DNA of 64,000 bases from Lonepinella koalarum (GTDB lineage: Bacteria > Pseudomonadota > Gammaproteobacteria > Enterobacterales > Pasteurellaceae). The stretch is taken from contig JAUNED010000002.1 of the NCBI GenBank assembly GCA_030525745.1, forward strand, positions 46,222 through 110,221, in the 5' to 3' direction. Below are positions 1 to 12,706 of this stretch, piece by piece (within the stretch, counting starts at the first letter, position 1; each line of letters opens with the position of its first letter). Position numbers and translations under genes: made by a program. The notes beneath the pieces are model-generated. The model was not told the origin of the DNA and made no database searches. It was given only the letters and a program-made list of their open reading frames with translations.

Positions 1-1263
1 ACGGAACGCCTTGCCTTTTTATTGGCAATTTCCCTGTATAACAATGAGCGCCTTGATGGTGAAATGCTTGAGACTGATCTAGTGGATATTTATCGCCATA
101 TTTCAGTTGCATTTGAGCAATCTAATGAGACTGTGGCTATTAGGGCTAATAATGCGATTAATGAATTGGTCAAACAGCGTTTTTTAAATCGTTTCAGTAG
201 TGAATTTACTGAAGGATTGGCAATTTATCGTTTAACGCCGTTAGGCGTTGGTGTCTCGGATTATTATATTCGTCAGCGTGAGTTTTCTGCGTTACGTTTA
301 TCTGTTCAACTAGCCATTGTGGCTGATGAAATTCAACGCGCATCGGCATCGGCAGAAGAAGGGTTGGAGAAGCAAGAAGACGAATATTATTGGCGGCGTA
401 ATGTCTTTGCGCCGTTGAAATATTCGGTAGCAGAAATTTTTGACAGTATAGATTTTTCACAGCGAGTTATGGATGAAAATCAGCAAAGTATTAAAGAGGA
501 AATTGCTGCGTTATTAACTCAAGATTGGCAGGCTGCAATTGCCAGTTGTGAACGATTATTAGATGAAACTTCAGGTAATTTACGAGAATTGCAGGATACT
601 TTAAATGCTGCGGGTGATAAATTACAGGCACAATTGCTGCGTATTCAAGATTGTGTGATGGAACGAGATGACTTGTATTTTATCGAGCAATTGATCGTGG
701 ATTTGCAAGCTAAACTTGACCGTATTATGAATTGGGGACAGCAGGCTATTGATTTGTGGATTGGTTATGATCGCCATGTGCATAAATTTATCCGTACCGC
801 TATTGATATGGATAAAAATCGTGTGTTTTCTCAACGGTTACGGCAATCTATTCATCATTATTTTGATGCGCCTTGGTATTTATGGACAGCACAGGCAGAA
901 CGTTTGATAGATTTACGAGATGAGGAAATGACGTTACATGGCGATGAGGCGTTGGGAGAGTTACCTGAAGAATTGCAATACGAACAACTTTCTGATTTAC
1001 ATGATCAAATTGTAGATACTATGCAAGGTTTGTTAATTCAATATCGAGAGAAACATAAACCGATTGATTTAAGTTTGGTGTTGAAAGAACAGTTGGAAAA
1101 TTATCCGCTTTCACGTCATTTTGATGTGGCTCGAATAATTGTAGATCAAGCTGTGAAATTAGGTATGGCGAGCGCTGATTTGTCAGGACAATATTCGCCA
1201 TGGCAGGAAATTAATAACAAAGGGGCAGAAGTACAAGCCCATATTATTGACGAATATAAATAA
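1..1263 (+). CDS. mukF: Chromosome partition protein MukF (kleisin), 5'-partial at window edge
   Basis: The ORF translation aligns end-to-end with E. coli MukF (…RLDGEM…VDAFRH…LRLSMQLSIVA…[20 protein letters not shown]…). The ORF runs into the window start. mukE follows 13 nt downstream. Confidence 0.9.
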   Translation, partial: TERLAFLLAISLYNNERLDGEMLETDLVDIYRHISVAFEQSNETVAIRANNAINELVKQRFLNRFSSEFTEGLAIYRLTPLGVGVSDYYIRQREFSALRLSVQLAIVADEIQRASASAEEGLEKQEDEYYWRRNVFAPLKYSVAEIFDSIDFSQRVMDENQQSIKEEIAALLTQDWQAAIASCERLLDETSGNLRELQDTLNAAGDKLQAQLLRIQDCVMERDDLYFIEQLIVDLQAKLDRIMNWGQQAIDLWIGYDRHVHKFIRTAIDMDKNRVFSQRLRQSIHHYFDAPWYLWTAQAERLIDLRDEEMTLHGDEALGELPEELQYEQLSDLHDQIVDTMQGLLIQYREKHKPIDLSLVLKEQLENYPLSRHFDVARIIVDQAVKLGMASADLSGQYSPWQEINNKGAEVQAHIIDEYK

Positions 1264-1276
1264 TTAAGGCAAAAAG

Positions 1277-1990
1277 ATGACAGAAAATATGCAAGATCTT
1301 ATTTCAACTAAATTAGCGGCCGCCATTGCCAATCCGTTGTTTCCTGAAGTAGATAGTTTATTGCGTTCAGGCCGCCATATTGGTCAGGAACATTTGGATA
1401 ATTTTGCTTTTTTAGCTGATTTTCAAGCAGAATTAGACGGTTTTTATCGTCGTTATAATGTAGAGTTGATTAGAGCCCCTGAAGGTTTTTTTTATTTGCG
1501 CCCGAAAGCAACAACATTAATTTCTCGTTCTGTGCTCAGTGAATTAGAAATGCTGGTGGGCAAAGTTTTGTGTTATTTATATTTAAGCCCGGAACGTTTG
1601 GCACAGCAAGGCATTTTTTCTATTCAAGAAGTCTATGATGAATTATTGAATTTAGCTGATGAAAGCAAATTATTGAAAGCAGTAAATTTACGTGCTGGCG
1701 GATCGGATTTGGATAAACAAAAATTAGCTGAAAAAGTACGTGCTGCTATAGGGCGTTTACGTCGTTTAGGTATGTTACATACTGTCGGTGAGCAACATAG
1801 CGGTAAATTTACTATCTCCGAATCAGTCTTCCGGTTTGGTGCTGAAGTCCGTACAGGTGATGATCCACGAGAGGCGCAATTACGCTTAATTCGTGACGGA
1901 GAAGCGGCAACACCGCAATCTTTACAGGCTGCCACAGAGGAAAGTGCGGTAGAAAATGAAGAAGATTTTGATGATGAAGGAGCGGAATAA
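1277..1990 (+). CDS. mukE: Chromosome partition protein MukE
   Basis: 237 aa with an acidic C-terminus and MukE-like sequence. Sits between mukF and mukB. Its stop overlaps the mukB start (TAATG). Confidence 0.9.
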   Translation: MTENMQDLISTKLAAAIANPLFPEVDSLLRSGRHIGQEHLDNFAFLADFQAELDGFYRRYNVELIRAPEGFFYLRPKATTLISRSVLSELEMLVGKVLCYLYLSPERLAQQGIFSIQEVYDELLNLADESKLLKAVNLRAGGSDLDKQKLAEKVRAAIGRLRRLGMLHTVGEQHSGKFTISESVFRFGAEVRTGDDPREAQLRLIRDGEAATPQSLQAATEESAVENEEDFDDEGAE

Positions 1991-4900
1991 TGGCTGAATT
2001 TGAATTAGAGCAAGATAATGTGGAAGATTTAAATACTGTAGCGGGCATGGACGAAAGTGAAGAGAATAATGAAAATCTGTCAGCACTTTCACCTTTTGTA
2101 AAAACTGAAGTAGAACGTGGTAAATTTCGCTCATTGACACTGATTAACTGGAATGGTTTTTTTGCCCGTACCTTCGACTTAGATGAATTGGTTACTACCC
2201 TTTCAGGGGGCAATGGTGCAGGTAAATCCACAACTATGGCAGGATTTGTTACCGCATTAATTCCGGATTTAACTTTATTACATTTTCGTAATACGACTGA
2301 AGCCGGTTCAACAGGTGGTTCTCGTGATAAAGGCTTACACGGCAAATTACGCCCGGGAGTATGCTATGCTGTTTTAGATGTTGTGAATTCTCGTCATCAA
2401 CGTGTTATCGTCGGTGTCCGTCTTCAACAAGTAGCCGGTCGTGATAAAAAAGTGGATATTAAAACTTTTTCTATTCAAGGCTTGGAATTATCCGTTACAC
2501 CAACCGCTTTATTGACCGAAAGTATATCAGAACGCCAAGCACGGGTTTTAGGTTTAACCGAATTAAAAGATAGAGTAGATACCTTAAATGCTCAATTTAA
2601 ACAATATCATTCTGTCGCCGATTATCATGGCATGATGTTTGATCTTGGAATCATTCCACGCCGTTTACGTTCTTCTTCCGACCGTAGTAAGTTTTATAAA
2701 TTAATTGAAGCCTCGTTATACGGAGGGATTTCCAGTGCGATTACTAAATCCCTGCGTGATTATTTGTTGCCGGAAAATTTAGGCGTACGTAAAGCTTTCC
2801 AAGATATGGAAAGTGCATTACGTGAAAACCGAATGACCCTTGAAGCGATTAAAATGACCCAAGCAGATCGGGATTTATTCAAGCATTTAATTACTGAATC
2901 CACTAATTATGTGGCTTCAGACTATATGCGTAATGCTAATGATCGCCAAAATAATATTGAAACTGCGTTAAATTTCCGTAAAGAATGGTATTTAGCTAAA
3001 TCAGAGCAGTATTTATCCCAACATCGTTTGATCGATTTAAGTCGTGAAGCGGCAGAATTGGCGGAAAATGAAAAATCACTGGAAGTGGATCACCAAAGTG
3101 CCTTAGATCATTTAAATTTAGTCTTGAATGCCTTACGTCATCAAGAGCGTATTGAACGTTACCAAGAAGATGTGAATGAGCTTACTGAAAAATTGGAAGA
3201 ACAAAAAATCGTGGTTGAAACTGCGAATGAGCTATTGGAGGAAAGCCAAGCTCAATTTGAACAATATGATCAGGAAGTGGATGAGATTCGTAGCCAATTG
3301 GCAGATTATCAACAAGCCTTAGATGCTCAACAAACTCGCGCATTACAATACCAACAAGCAATTCAGGCTTTAGAAAAAGCAAAGAACTTATGTGGTTTAG
3401 CAGATTTATCGGTTAAAAATGCGGAAGCCTATCACGAAGAATTTGAATCCGAAGCACAGGCTTTAACGGATAATGTGTTGGATTTAGAACAAAAAATGTC
3501 TATCTCTGAAGCTGCAAAGACACAGTTTGATAAGGCTTATCAGTTAGTTTGTAAAATTGCGGGTGAAGTCCCACGTTCTACAGCTTGGGAAAGTGCCAAA
3601 GCCTTATTACGTGAATATCCGACTCAAAAAGTTCAAGCACAGCAAACACCACAATTACGAGCTAAATTACATGAACTTGAACAACGTTATGCACAGCAGC
3701 AAAGTGCGGTTAAAATTCTGAAAGATTTTAATCAACGTGCTGATTTGGATTTGGAAAGTACCGATGAAATCGAGCAGCATTATACAGAACAAGAAGCTTT
3801 AATCGAAGATTATAGTGCGGAGATGTCCGAGCAAGTGGAAAACCGTTCAGAGCTACGCCAAAAACGAGAACAATTGACCGCACTTTTAGCGGAAAAATCA
3901 CGTCTTGCACCAAGTTGGTTAGCTGCTCAATCTGCTTTAGAACGTTTGATGGAACAAAGTGGCGAGCAATTTAATGATAGTCAAGATGTCATGAATTGTA
4001 TGCAATCTTTGCTGGAAAAAGAGCGTGAATTGACTATGGCTCGTGATCAGTTAGAACAAAAACGCCAGCAACTAGACATGCAAATTTCCCGTTTAAGTCA
4101 GCCCGATGGTTCTGAGGATGCTAGATTAAATGTACTTGCCGAACGTTTTGGGGGAGTATTATTATCTGAACTTTATGATGATGTACCTATTGAAGATGCA
4201 CCGTATTTCTCCGCACTTTACGGCCCGGCACGCCACGCTATTGTGGTGCGGGATTTAGATGTGGTGAAAGAGCAGTTGGTCCAGTTGGAAGATTGTCCTG
4301 ACGATTTATATTTAATTGAAGGTGATCCAAGCGAATTTGATGACAGCGTGCTTTCCGCTCAAGAATTAGAAAAAGGCGTTGTAGTACAGGTTTCAGATCG
4401 TGAGCTACGTTATTCTAAATTCCCTGAAATTCCCTTATTCGGCCGTGCGGCAAGAGAAAAACATTTAGCTGAATTGGAAGAACAGCGCGATGAAGTTGCG
4501 GAACACTATGCTCAACGTGCCTTTGATGTACAAAAATGCCAACGTTTGCACCAGCAATTTAGTCAATTTGTCGGCTTACATTTAGCCTTGGCTTTCCAGC
4601 CGGATCCCGAACAACAAATTCGTGAAATTAATCAACAACGTAATGAAATTGAGCGCGAATTGACCGCACTTTCTACGGGCGAACAGCAACTTCGTTTGAA
4701 ATTAGATAATGCCAAAGAGCAAATGCAGTTGTTGAATAAATTAATTCCACAATTGCATTTGTTGGCGGATGAGAGTTTGCTTGACCGTATTGAAGAATGT
4801 CGGGAACAATTGGATTTAGCAGAACAAGATGAAATTTTTATTCGTCAGCATGGTGTGAGCCTGTCACAATTAGAGCCTATAGCTAATACATTGCAAAGCG

Positions 4901-6516
4901 ATCCGGAGAATTATGAACGCTTAAAAAATACATTGTATCAGGCTATTGAACGTCAAAAACAAGCTCAACAGAAAGCTTTTGCATTAGCTGATGTCATTCA
5001 GCGACAAGCTCATTTTAGTTATGAAGAAACTGTAACGAAGGAAAGTAATGATTTAAATGAAAAATTGCGTTCTCGCTTAGAGCAAACCCAAGCAAAACGA
5101 GAGCAACAACGGGAACAATTACGCCAAAAACAACAACAATTTGCTCAATATAATCAGCTGTATATTCAATTACAAAGTGCTTTTGATAGTAAAAATCAAA
5201 TGTTGTCAGAGCTGATTACAGAAGTGAATGAATTGGGTGTGCGTGCCGATGCAGGTTCGGAAGAACGTGCAAGAGCCAGAAAAGATGAATTATATCAACA
5301 ACTTTCAACCAGCCGCCAACGCCGTTCTTATGTGGAAAAACAATTGACGTTGATCGAAAGTGAAGCAGAAAACCTTAACCGTCGTATTCGTAAAGCAGAA
5401 CGTGATTATAAACAACAACGTGAAATTGTCGTAGCAGCAAAAATCAGTTGGTGTGTGGTGTTGCGTTTATCTCGCCATTCCGATGTAGAAAAACGTTTAA
5501 ATCGCCGTGAATTGGCTTATTTATCTGCCGATGAATTGCGCTCTATGTCGGATAAAGCCTTAGGTGCATTGCGTACAGCAGTAGCGGATAATGAATATTT
5601 GCGTGATAGCCTGCGTCTTTCCGAAGACAGTCGCAAGCCGGAAAATAAAGTAAAATTCTTTATTGCCGTGTATCAACATTTGCGTGAACGTATTCGCCAA
5701 GATATTGTGAAAACAGATGATCCTATTGATGCAATCGAGCAAATGGAAATTGAGCTTTCCCGTTTAACCGATGAATTGACCGGTCGTGAACATAAATTGG
5801 CGATCAGTTCGGAAAGTGTGGCGAATATTATGCGGAAAACCATTCAACGGGAACAAAATCGTATTCGTATGCTTAACCAAGGCCTACAAAATATTGCTTT
5901 TGGTCAAGTTAAATCCGTTCGTTTAGTAGTGAATATTCGTGATACGCACGCAATGCTGTTAGATGCATTATCTGGTAATCAAACCGAATACCAAGATCTC
6001 TTTACTGATAACAAAATGACTTTCTCGGAAGCGATTGCTAAATTGTATCAACGCTTAAATCCGCATATTGATATGGGCCATCGTACCGCTCAAACCATTG
6101 GTGAAGAGTTGTTGGATTACCGCAATTATTTGGATCTTGAAGTAGAAGTTTATCGTGGAGCAGATGGTTGGTTGCGTGCTGAAAGTGGTGCGCTTTCTAC
6201 CGGTGAAGCCATTGGTACGGGTATGTCGATTTTATTAATGGTTGTGCAAAGCTGGGAAGAAGAAAGCCGTCGTATTCGAGGTAAAGATATTGTGCCTTGT
6301 CGCTTATTGTTCCTTGATGAAGCAGCGCGTTTGGACGGCAAATCCATTTCCACCTTATTTGAGTTGTGCGAGCGTTTAGATATGCAATTATTAATTGCTG
6401 CACCTGAAAATATCAGTCCGGAAAAAGGCACAACTTACAAACTGGTACGTAAAATTTCAGGCAATCAAGAACAAGTTCATGTTGTCGGATTACGTGGGTT
6501 TGGTGCAACAGAGTAG
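1990..6516 (+). CDS. mukB: Chromosome partition protein MukB (SMC-like)
   Basis: 1508 aa. N-terminal Walker [10 protein letters not shown], long coiled coils, C-terminal LLFLDEA motif. Canonical mukFEB order. Confidence 0.95.
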   Translation: MAEFELEQDNVEDLNTVAGMDESEENNENLSALSPFVKTEVERGKFRSLTLINWNGFFARTFDLDELVTTLSGGNGAGKSTTMAGFVTALIPDLTLLHFRNTTEAGSTGGSRDKGLHGKLRPGVCYAVLDVVNSRHQRVIVGVRLQQVAGRDKKVDIKTFSIQGLELSVTPTALLTESISERQARVLGLTELKDRVDTLNAQFKQYHSVADYHGMMFDLGIIPRRLRSSSDRSKFYKLIEASLYGGISSAITKSLRDYLLPENLGVRKAFQDMESALRENRMTLEAIKMTQADRDLFKHLITESTNYVASDYMRNANDRQNNIETALNFRKEWYLAKSEQYLSQHRLIDLSREAAELAENEKSLEVDHQSALDHLNLVLNALRHQERIERYQEDVNELTEKLEEQKIVVETANELLEESQAQFEQYDQEVDEIRSQLADYQQALDAQQTRALQYQQAIQALEKAKNLCGLADLSVKNAEAYHEEFESEAQALTDNVLDLEQKMSISEAAKTQFDKAYQLVCKIAGEVPRSTAWESAKALLREYPTQKVQAQQTPQLRAKLHELEQRYAQQQSAVKILKDFNQRADLDLESTDEIEQHYTEQEALIEDYSAEMSEQVENRSELRQKREQLTALLAEKSRLAPSWLAAQSALERLMEQSGEQFNDSQDVMNCMQSLLEKERELTMARDQLEQKRQQLDMQISRLSQPDGSEDARLNVLAERFGGVLLSELYDDVPIEDAPYFSALYGPARHAIVVRDLDVVKEQLVQLEDCPDDLYLIEGDPSEFDDSVLSAQELEKGVVVQVSDRELRYSKFPEIPLFGRAAREKHLAELEEQRDEVAEHYAQRAFDVQKCQRLHQQFSQFVGLHLALAFQPDPEQQIREINQQRNEIERELTALSTGEQQLRLKLDNAKEQMQLLNKLIPQLHLLADESLLDRIEECREQLDLAEQDEIFIRQHGVSLSQLEPIANTLQSDPENYERLKNTLYQAIERQKQAQQKAFALADVIQRQAHFSYEETVTKESNDLNEKLRSRLEQTQAKREQQREQLRQKQQQFAQYNQLYIQLQSAFDSKNQMLSELITEVNELGVRADAGSEERARARKDELYQQLSTSRQRRSYVEKQLTLIESEAENLNRRIRKAERDYKQQREIVVAAKISWCVVLRLSRHSDVEKRLNRRELAYLSADELRSMSDKALGALRTAVADNEYLRDSLRLSEDSRKPENKVKFFIAVYQHLRERIRQDIVKTDDPIDAIEQMEIELSRLTDELTGREHKLAISSESVANIMRKTIQREQNRIRMLNQGLQNIAFGQVKSVRLVVNIRDTHAMLLDALSGNQTEYQDLFTDNKMTFSEAIAKLYQRLNPHIDMGHRTAQTIGEELLDYRNYLDLEVEVYRGADGWLRAESGALSTGEAIGTGMSILLMVVQSWEEESRRIRGKDIVPCRLLFLDEAARLDGKSISTLFELCERLDMQLLIAAPENISPEKGTTYKLVRKISGNQEQVHVVGLRGFGATE

Positions 6517-6527
6517 TTAACTAAAAG

Positions 6528-6570
6528 AAAAAGTGCGGTTAAAAAAATGTATTTTTTGACCGCACTTTTA
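6528..6570 (+). terminator. Rho-independent terminator formed by an inverted USS pair (AAAGTGCGGT…ACCGCACTTT) plus T-run
   Basis: Perfect inverted repeat of the uptake signal sequence directly after the mukB stop, followed by TTTTAT. Confidence 0.6.
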
Positions 6571-6610
6571 TGGTTTCATGATATGAAAATGCTTATTTAG
6601 GAGGACATTA

Positions 6611-7465
6611 ATGCATTATTTAATATTAGCTATTTTATGTAGCGTTTCCGTTTCTGTCTTATTTAAATTAACTAAAAAATATCAAATTATCACCGCACAA
6701 ATGATCGCTTTTGGGTATGTTGTCGCATTATCATTGAGCTATTTTTTGCTATCGCCGAATTTTAACGGTTTAACTTTTACAGAATTTTTTGCACAAAGTG
6801 ATGCAAAATCCATTTTTATCAGCTTGGGGATTTTATTACCTGTAGGGTTTCTTGTGATGTCTAAAGCAGTGGAATATGGTGGTATTGTGCGAACAGATGC
6901 AGCACAACGTTTAGCCTTATTCTTACAAATTATTGCTGCTGTAGTCATTTTTGGGGAAACTTTGAGTGATATGCGAATTGCCGGTGTAGTTGTGGCATTT
7001 TTAGCCTTATTTTTCTTATTAAGTAAACCGGCCGGAGCGCTTGAAAATGCTTCTAAAGTTGCTTTAGCTCTTGCCGGTGTGTGGTTAATTTGGGGAACAA
7101 CAGGGATTTTATTTAAGAAAATTGCCTTAATGGGGGGCGTATTCCCAACCACATTATTTATCACCTTTGTATTAGCGGCCATAATTATGTTCATCTATCT
7201 GCTTTTAAAACGTACACAATGGACGATATCCAGCCTTATTGCGGGTATTATTTTAGGCTGTTTAAATTTTGGTAATATTCTTTTTTACATCTATGCTCAT
7301 CAATCCTTCAAAGAAAACCCAACAATTGTATTTGCTACTATGGATCTTGGGGTTATCTGTCTTGGTACATTAGTCGGAGCCGCAATATTTAAAGAAAAAA
7401 TCAGCAAATTTAATGGACTCGGGATTTTATTGGGTCTTATCGCTATTTTATTGTTGCGGGTTTAA
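6611..7465 (+). CDS. Polytopic inner-membrane protein, DMT/EamA-like (about 10 TM segments)
   Basis: 284 aa, very hydrophobic with a two-repeat architecture. RBS GGAGG precedes the ATG. No specific family match is recalled. Confidence 0.5.
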   Translation: MHYLILAILCSVSVSVLFKLTKKYQIITAQMIAFGYVVALSLSYFLLSPNFNGLTFTEFFAQSDAKSIFISLGILLPVGFLVMSKAVEYGGIVRTDAAQRLALFLQIIAAVVIFGETLSDMRIAGVVVAFLALFFLLSKPAGALENASKVALALAGVWLIWGTTGILFKKIALMGGVFPTTLFITFVLAAIIMFIYLLLKRTQWTISSLIAGIILGCLNFGNILFYIYAHQSFKENPTIVFATMDLGVICLGTLVGAAIFKEKISKFNGLGILLGLIAILLLRV

Positions 7466-7565
7466 AATAACCACACTTTGAATAAATTGAATAAAAAGTG
7501 CAGTCAATAAATTATCATTTTTAAATGATCGATAAAGAATTTCGCACAATTTTAAGGTGTTGTGT

Positions 7566-8987
7566 ATGCAAAATGATTTCAGTTTTTTTATTTATGACTA
7601 TGAAAGTTTTGGCGTAAATCCGTCCATGGACAGACCGGCTCAATTTGCCGGTATCCGTACAGATAAAGATTTTAATATTATTGGTGAACCTGTGATGTTT
7701 TATTGTAAGCAAACCAATGATTATTTACCTTCGCCGGAAGCCGTATTAGTGACTGGAATTACGCCACAAGAAAGTAATCAAAAAGGGTTATCAGAACCCG
7801 AATTTGCATCAGCCATATTAGCCGAATTTAGCCAGCCTAATACTTGTGTTATGGGCTATAACAATATTCGTTACGATGATGAAATGACCCGTTATACATT
7901 CTTCCGTAATTTTATTGATCCTTATGAATATAGTTGGAAAAATGGTAATTCCCGTTGGGATTTGTTAGATGTGGTTAGAGCTTGTTACGCATTGCGCCCG
8001 GAAGGCATTGAATGGGCTTATGATGATGAGGGAATGCCGAGTTTTCGTCTGGAAAAACTCACTCAAGCTAATGGTATTGCACATGAAAATGCGCATGATG
8101 CGATGTCCGATGTTTATGCAACTATTGCAATGGCAAAATTAATTAAGGAAAAACAACCTAAATTATTCCAATTTTTCTTTGAACATCGTGGGAAGAGGGA
8201 AGTGGAGAAGTTAATTGATACCGCAGAAATGATGCCATTGGTGCATGTTTCCGGCATGCTTGGTAATTATCGTGGAAATTGTACGTGGATTGCTCCTATC
8301 GCTTGGCATCCAACTAATAAAAATGCGGTAATTGTTTGTGATTTATCGCAAAATATTGGAGATTTATTGAATAAAAGTGCGGTGGAATTAAAAGAAAATT
8401 TATATACCAAAAAATCAGAACTTGAAGAACAAGGTATTTTACCTGTCCCCTTAAAATTAGTGCATATTAATAAATGCCCAATTCTAGCACCTGCAAAAAC
8501 CTTATTACCTGAAAATGCACAACGTTTGGGCATTGATAGAACATTTTGCTTAGAAAATCTCAAGAAACTGAAAAATTCCTTTGAGGTGCGGTCAAAAGTG
8601 GAGGAGATTTTTAAAGATGAACGTCAATTTGAAAAAAGCGATAATGTTGAAGCGAGCTTATACGAAGGCTTCTTTAGTTCAAATGATAAAAACAATATGG
8701 CTATATTACGTCAGCTACCGCCTGAAAAACTTAGCGAACATAATTTGAGTTTTGAAGATCCACGCATAACAGAATTATTATTTCATTATCGTGCAAGACA
8801 TTTCTACAAAACTCTAAGCCGAGCAGAACAACTAAAATGGGAAAAATATCGTCGCTGTAGATTAGAAAAAAGTGCGCTAGCTTTTAGCGAAAGTTTGCAA
8901 AAATTGGCTGAAGAATACTCTGGAAATCAAAAAGCATTACATTTACTGCAACAAGTTTATGAATATGCTTCTAAATTATTAGATTAA
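7566..8987 (+). CDS. sbcB: Exodeoxyribonuclease I
   Basis: The N-terminus FFIYDYESFGVNPSMDRPAQFAGIRTD and the rest align with E. coli SbcB. Start is placed at the internal ATG (MQNDF…), which matches the E. coli N-terminus. Confidence 0.9.
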   Translation: MQNDFSFFIYDYESFGVNPSMDRPAQFAGIRTDKDFNIIGEPVMFYCKQTNDYLPSPEAVLVTGITPQESNQKGLSEPEFASAILAEFSQPNTCVMGYNNIRYDDEMTRYTFFRNFIDPYEYSWKNGNSRWDLLDVVRACYALRPEGIEWAYDDEGMPSFRLEKLTQANGIAHENAHDAMSDVYATIAMAKLIKEKQPKLFQFFFEHRGKREVEKLIDTAEMMPLVHVSGMLGNYRGNCTWIAPIAWHPTNKNAVIVCDLSQNIGDLLNKSAVELKENLYTKKSELEEQGILPVPLKLVHINKCPILAPAKTLLPENAQRLGIDRTFCLENLKKLKNSFEVRSKVEEIFKDERQFEKSDNVEASLYEGFFSSNDKNNMAILRQLPPEKLSEHNLSFEDPRITELLFHYRARHFYKTLSRAEQLKWEKYRRCRLEKSALAFSESLQKLAEEYSGNQKALHLLQQVYEYASKLLD

Positions 8988-9021
8988 AATTATAGTGATC
9001 TTGTCACAACAATATAAAAAA

Positions 9022-9055
9022 GAAAAGCTAAATTAAATTTGCTTTTCTTTTTTTA
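9022..9055 (+). terminator. Rho-independent terminator after sbcB
   Basis: GAAAAGC-(12 nt loop)-GCTTTTC followed by TTTTTTTATT. Confidence 0.6.
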
Positions 9056-9620
9056 TTCTCCAAAGAAAATCCCCATTAAATCACACAGATTTTACATAGC
9101 GTTGTCAATGTGAAATTGTTATATCAGTTTTACTTTTTAGAATATCCATCTTTACAAAAGCCCTAAATATCAAAAATAAAGTTAATAAAATGAAATGGAA
9201 TTAAGTGATAAGCTTGCATAAACACAGTTGCTGTCTTGCTTTAAAAGTATTTGTTACTTGTGTATAAGTCTGTGATTTTATTATTACGTAGTTTTTACTT
9301 ACCATATAACTTATTTCGCATAATGTATATTATGTTAAATATAACCATAGATTAAGTCACACTTAAACACGCAATTTTCTGGGAAAGACGAATAATATTG
9401 CATGCACAGAATTTGCACGAAATTAAAAATTGAAAAATGAATGAAAAAACGAGAGAATTTTTAAAATCCTACTTTTAGCTAATTAATTGATTTTATTATT
9501 TATTGTGATGAGGTCACTTTTTTAGAGTAAATTACGCTATTATCTATGATAAAAACTGGCAATTTAGAGAGAAAACAGGCACAATATATGTGAATATTAG
9601 ATAATAGGTTTAGAATTAAA

Positions 9621-10232
9621 ATGGATTTATTAGTGAGTTTTTTTACTGATTATGGGTATTGGGCTGTTTTATTTGTCTTAATTATTTGTGGTTTTGGTGT
9701 GCCGATTCCTGAAGATATTACTTTGGTTTCTGGTGGTATTATTGCTGGCCTCTACCCTGATAATGTTAATGTACATATTATGTTATTTGTCAGTATGTTC
9801 GGTGTATTATTTGGTGATAGTGTGATGTATTGGCTTGGTCGAATTTACGGTGCAAAAATTTTAAAATTTAAACCAATTCGTAAAATTGTTAATTTAAAAC
9901 GGCTGAGAATGGTACGCCAAAAATTTGATCAATACGGTAATCGTGTTTTATTTATTGCCCGCTTTTTACCTGGGTTAAGAGCTCCAATTTATATGATTTC
10001 AGGCATAACACGTCGCGTCAGTTATACTCGCTTTGTTCTTATTGATTTTTTTGCAGCAATTATTTCAGTGCCAATTTGGGTCTATTTGGGGTTCCATGGA
10101 GCTAATAATCGTGAATGGTTAATAGAACAAATTAAAACAGGACAGACTGGATTATATATTGTCCTTGTATTATTAGCTGGTTTTATCATTTTTAAAGTTT
10201 ATAAAGCAAAAAAGAAAAATAACTTATTCTAA
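9621..10232 (+). CDS. DedA/SNARE-associated family inner-membrane protein
   Basis: 203 aa with DedA-type signature (…GVPIPEDITLVSGGI…FLPGLRAPI…). Confidence 0.8.
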   Translation: MDLLVSFFTDYGYWAVLFVLIICGFGVPIPEDITLVSGGIIAGLYPDNVNVHIMLFVSMFGVLFGDSVMYWLGRIYGAKILKFKPIRKIVNLKRLRMVRQKFDQYGNRVLFIARFLPGLRAPIYMISGITRRVSYTRFVLIDFFAAIISVPIWVYLGFHGANNREWLIEQIKTGQTGLYIVLVLLAGFIIFKVYKAKKKNNLF

Positions 10233-10260
10233 AAAAGTGCGGGTTCTACCGCACTTTTTT
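10233..10260. terminator. Bidirectional USS-pair terminator between dedA-family gene and ycgN
   Basis: AAAAGTGCGG-gttct-ACCGCACTTTTTT sits between convergent genes. Confidence 0.55.
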
Positions 10261-10696
10261 AATGCTCATCAATGACAAATTTAAACCAATCAATCACATC
10301 TTTTTCATGAATACCATTTTGAATTAAAATATTTGCATTTTTGACAGAATTTAGGTTATTTGATATTAAAGGATGCCAATCAAATAAAGGTTTTCCTTCA
10401 TATAATAAACGATATGCACAAGTTGAAGGCAACCAGCCGAAATCCGGTAGATTTGTCTTGGTGAGTTTGGTGCACTCTTTCTCTAAATTAAAACGTTCAC
10501 AATAATTACCGCACTTTCCTGTTTCTAAATCCAGTAAATTACAGGCAATTCGCGTATAATAAAGTTTCTGTCGCTTTCCTCTACCCTCGATAAATTTCCG
10601 ATAACAACATTTGCCACAACCATCACACAATGCTTCCCATTCGGCATCATTCATTTCTAGTAGGGATTTTTGTTCCCAAAATCGTTCTTGTATCAT
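10259..10696 (-). CDS. ycgN: UPF0260 cysteine-cluster protein YcgN
   Basis: 145 aa. Motif ALCDGCGKCC…C…C matches E. coli YcgN. Confidence 0.8.
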   Translation of the reverse strand: MIQERFWEQKSLLEMNDAEWEALCDGCGKCCYRKFIEGRGKRQKLYYTRIACNLLDLETGKCGNYCERFNLEKECTKLTKTNLPDFGWLPSTCAYRLLYEGKPLFDWHPLISNNLNSVKNANILIQNGIHEKDVIDWFKFVIDEH

Positions 10697-10745
10697 TTGT
10701 GTTAAACAAAAATGCGATCAAATTGACCGCACTTTTTAGTATTCT

Positions 10746-10889
10746 CTAACGATTAATGGAGATTTCTCGGCTGTGTTTATCTATTTTTAAGCCTGAATGA
10801 GAGCCTTCAGCACCATTAAAATAAATATCTTTTCCAGCACAAGCAGTTAAAAATATCGTCGTAAATAAGATTAAAATTGTTTTTTTCAT
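10746..10889 (-). CDS. Small predicted lipoprotein (47 aa; MKKTILILFTTIFLTAC|AGKD…), translationally coupled to glnS
   Basis: Hand-translated; it is below the ORF-track size cutoff. Signal peptide plus lipobox LTAC. Its ATG directly abuts the glnS stop (TAAATG). An AAGGA SD lies 6 nt upstream inside the glnS 3' end. Confidence 0.45.
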   Translation of the reverse strand: MKKTILILFTTIFLTACAGKDIYFNGAEGSHSGLKIDKHSREISINR

Positions 10890-12557
10890 TTAAAATCCTT
10901 CTTTTAAGCTGACAGTTAAGTTGAATACCAAATGATCTGCCCGACTGTCTTTGTTATCTGCACAATAATAGCCTTCTCTTTCAAATTGATAAGCCTTTTC
11001 AGGTTCCGCATTCGCTAAGCTGACTTCCACTACCCCATGTTTAATCACTAAAGAATTAGGGTTAATTGCTGCAATAATATCTTCTTCCGCTCCCGGATTT
11101 TGCATATTAAACAAACGGGAATATTGACGGAATTCTGCCGGTAAGTTTTCCGTAGCAGAAACCCATTGGATGACACCTTTCACTTTACGTCCGTCCGCAG
11201 GATTTTTACCCAAAGTTTCCGGATCATAAGTACAATAAACGGTGCGAATATTTCCCTGTTCATCTTTTTCAACCCGTTCGGCTTTAATCACATAAGCATT
11301 ACGCAAACGGACTTCTTTACCCAAAACCAAACGTTTATAATGTTTGTTGGCTTCTTCTTGGAAATCTGCTTGATCAATATAGATTTCTTTGGTAAACGGC
11401 ATTTGACGTTCGCCTAATTCCGGACGATTCGGGTGATTAGGTGCGGTCAGAATTTCACGGGTTTCTAAATTTTCAATCACAATTTTTAGCGGATTAATTA
11501 CGGCCATTGCACGAGGGGCATTGGTATTTAAATCATCACGAATACAGCTTTCTAAAGCACTGAATTCCACTAAATTATCTTGTTTGGTTACACCAATACG
11601 GCGACAAAATTCGCGCAATGCTGCCGGTGTGTAACCACGGCGACGTAGGCCTGAAATAGTTGGCATGCGAGGATCATTCCAACCATCAACTACACCTTCA
11701 GTAACTAATTTCAATAGTTTACGTTTAGACGTTAACGTACCTTCTAAATTTAAACGGGAAAATTCATATTGATGTGGTAACGGACGCTCGATAGAAATAT
11801 TATCCAGAACCCAATCATATAAACGTCGATTATCTTGGAATTCCAATGTACAAATTGAATGAGTAATACGTTCAATGGCATCGGAAATACAATGGGTAAA
11901 ATCATACATCGGGTAAATACACCATTTGTCACCGGTTTGGTGATGGCTGGCGAATTTAACACGATAAAGTACCGGATCTCTCATGACAATAAACGGCGAG
12001 GCCATATCTATTTTGGCGCGTAGACAGGCTTTTCCTTCGGCAAATTCACCGTTTTTCATTTTTTCAAATAATGCTAAATTTTCTTCCACAGAACGATCAC
12101 GATAAGGACTGTTTTTACCGGGTTCAGTTAATGTACCACGGTATTCACGCATTTCGTCCGGCGATAATTCATCAACATAAGCCAAGCCTTTTTCAATTAA
12201 TTCAATGGCATAGCCATAAAGCTGGTCAAAATAATCGGAAGCATAGCGAGGCTCTCCTTCCCATTTGAATCCTAACCATTCGACATCTTGCTTGATAGAA
12301 TCCACATATTCTACATCTTCTTTAACCGGATTGGTGTCGTCAAAACGCAAATTACATTTGCCTTGATAATCTTGAGCAATACCAAAATTTAAACAAATTG
12401 ATTTTGCATGTCCAATATGCAAATAGCCGTTTGGCTCCGGTGGGAAACGAGTGTAAACCTTTTGATGTTTTCCATTGGCTAAATCCTCGTCAATGATTTG
12501 ACGGATAAAGTTTGTCGGGCGATTTTCTTCTGATAATTCAATGTGTTCTGTTGTCAT
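10890..12557 (-). CDS. glnS: Glutaminyl-tRNA synthetase
   Basis: 555 aa. HIGH motif ([14 protein letters not shown]). Near full-length identity pattern with E. coli GlnS. Confidence 0.95.
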   Translation of the reverse strand: MTTEHIELSEENRPTNFIRQIIDEDLANGKHQKVYTRFPPEPNGYLHIGHAKSICLNFGIAQDYQGKCNLRFDDTNPVKEDVEYVDSIKQDVEWLGFKWEGEPRYASDYFDQLYGYAIELIEKGLAYVDELSPDEMREYRGTLTEPGKNSPYRDRSVEENLALFEKMKNGEFAEGKACLRAKIDMASPFIVMRDPVLYRVKFASHHQTGDKWCIYPMYDFTHCISDAIERITHSICTLEFQDNRRLYDWVLDNISIERPLPHQYEFSRLNLEGTLTSKRKLLKLVTEGVVDGWNDPRMPTISGLRRRGYTPAALREFCRRIGVTKQDNLVEFSALESCIRDDLNTNAPRAMAVINPLKIVIENLETREILTAPNHPNRPELGERQMPFTKEIYIDQADFQEEANKHYKRLVLGKEVRLRNAYVIKAERVEKDEQGNIRTVYCTYDPETLGKNPADGRKVKGVIQWVSATENLPAEFRQYSRLFNMQNPGAEEDIIAAINPNSLVIKHGVVEVSLANAEPEKAYQFEREGYYCADNKDSRADHLVFNLTVSLKEGF

Positions 12558-12706
12558 AAAGGTGTTAATTAGTTGAAAAAAATTACGCTTATTCTACCCT
12601 TTTTGTGACCAGATTAAAAGTAGGCAGAAAGCGTATACAAAACTGTGTTAGAATTGACCGCACTTTTCATCTAAATTTATATTAATTCAATTTGATTATC
12701 CAAAAA

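Noticed and set aside
1633-2345. Minus-strand ORFs of 100-177 aa overlapping mukE/mukB
   Set aside because: They overlap strongly supported genes and have no RBS or homology. Shadow ORFs.
6739-7194. 151-aa minus-strand ORF
   Set aside because: Antisense to the membrane-protein gene. The low-complexity translation is typical of reverse-frame hydrophobic genes.
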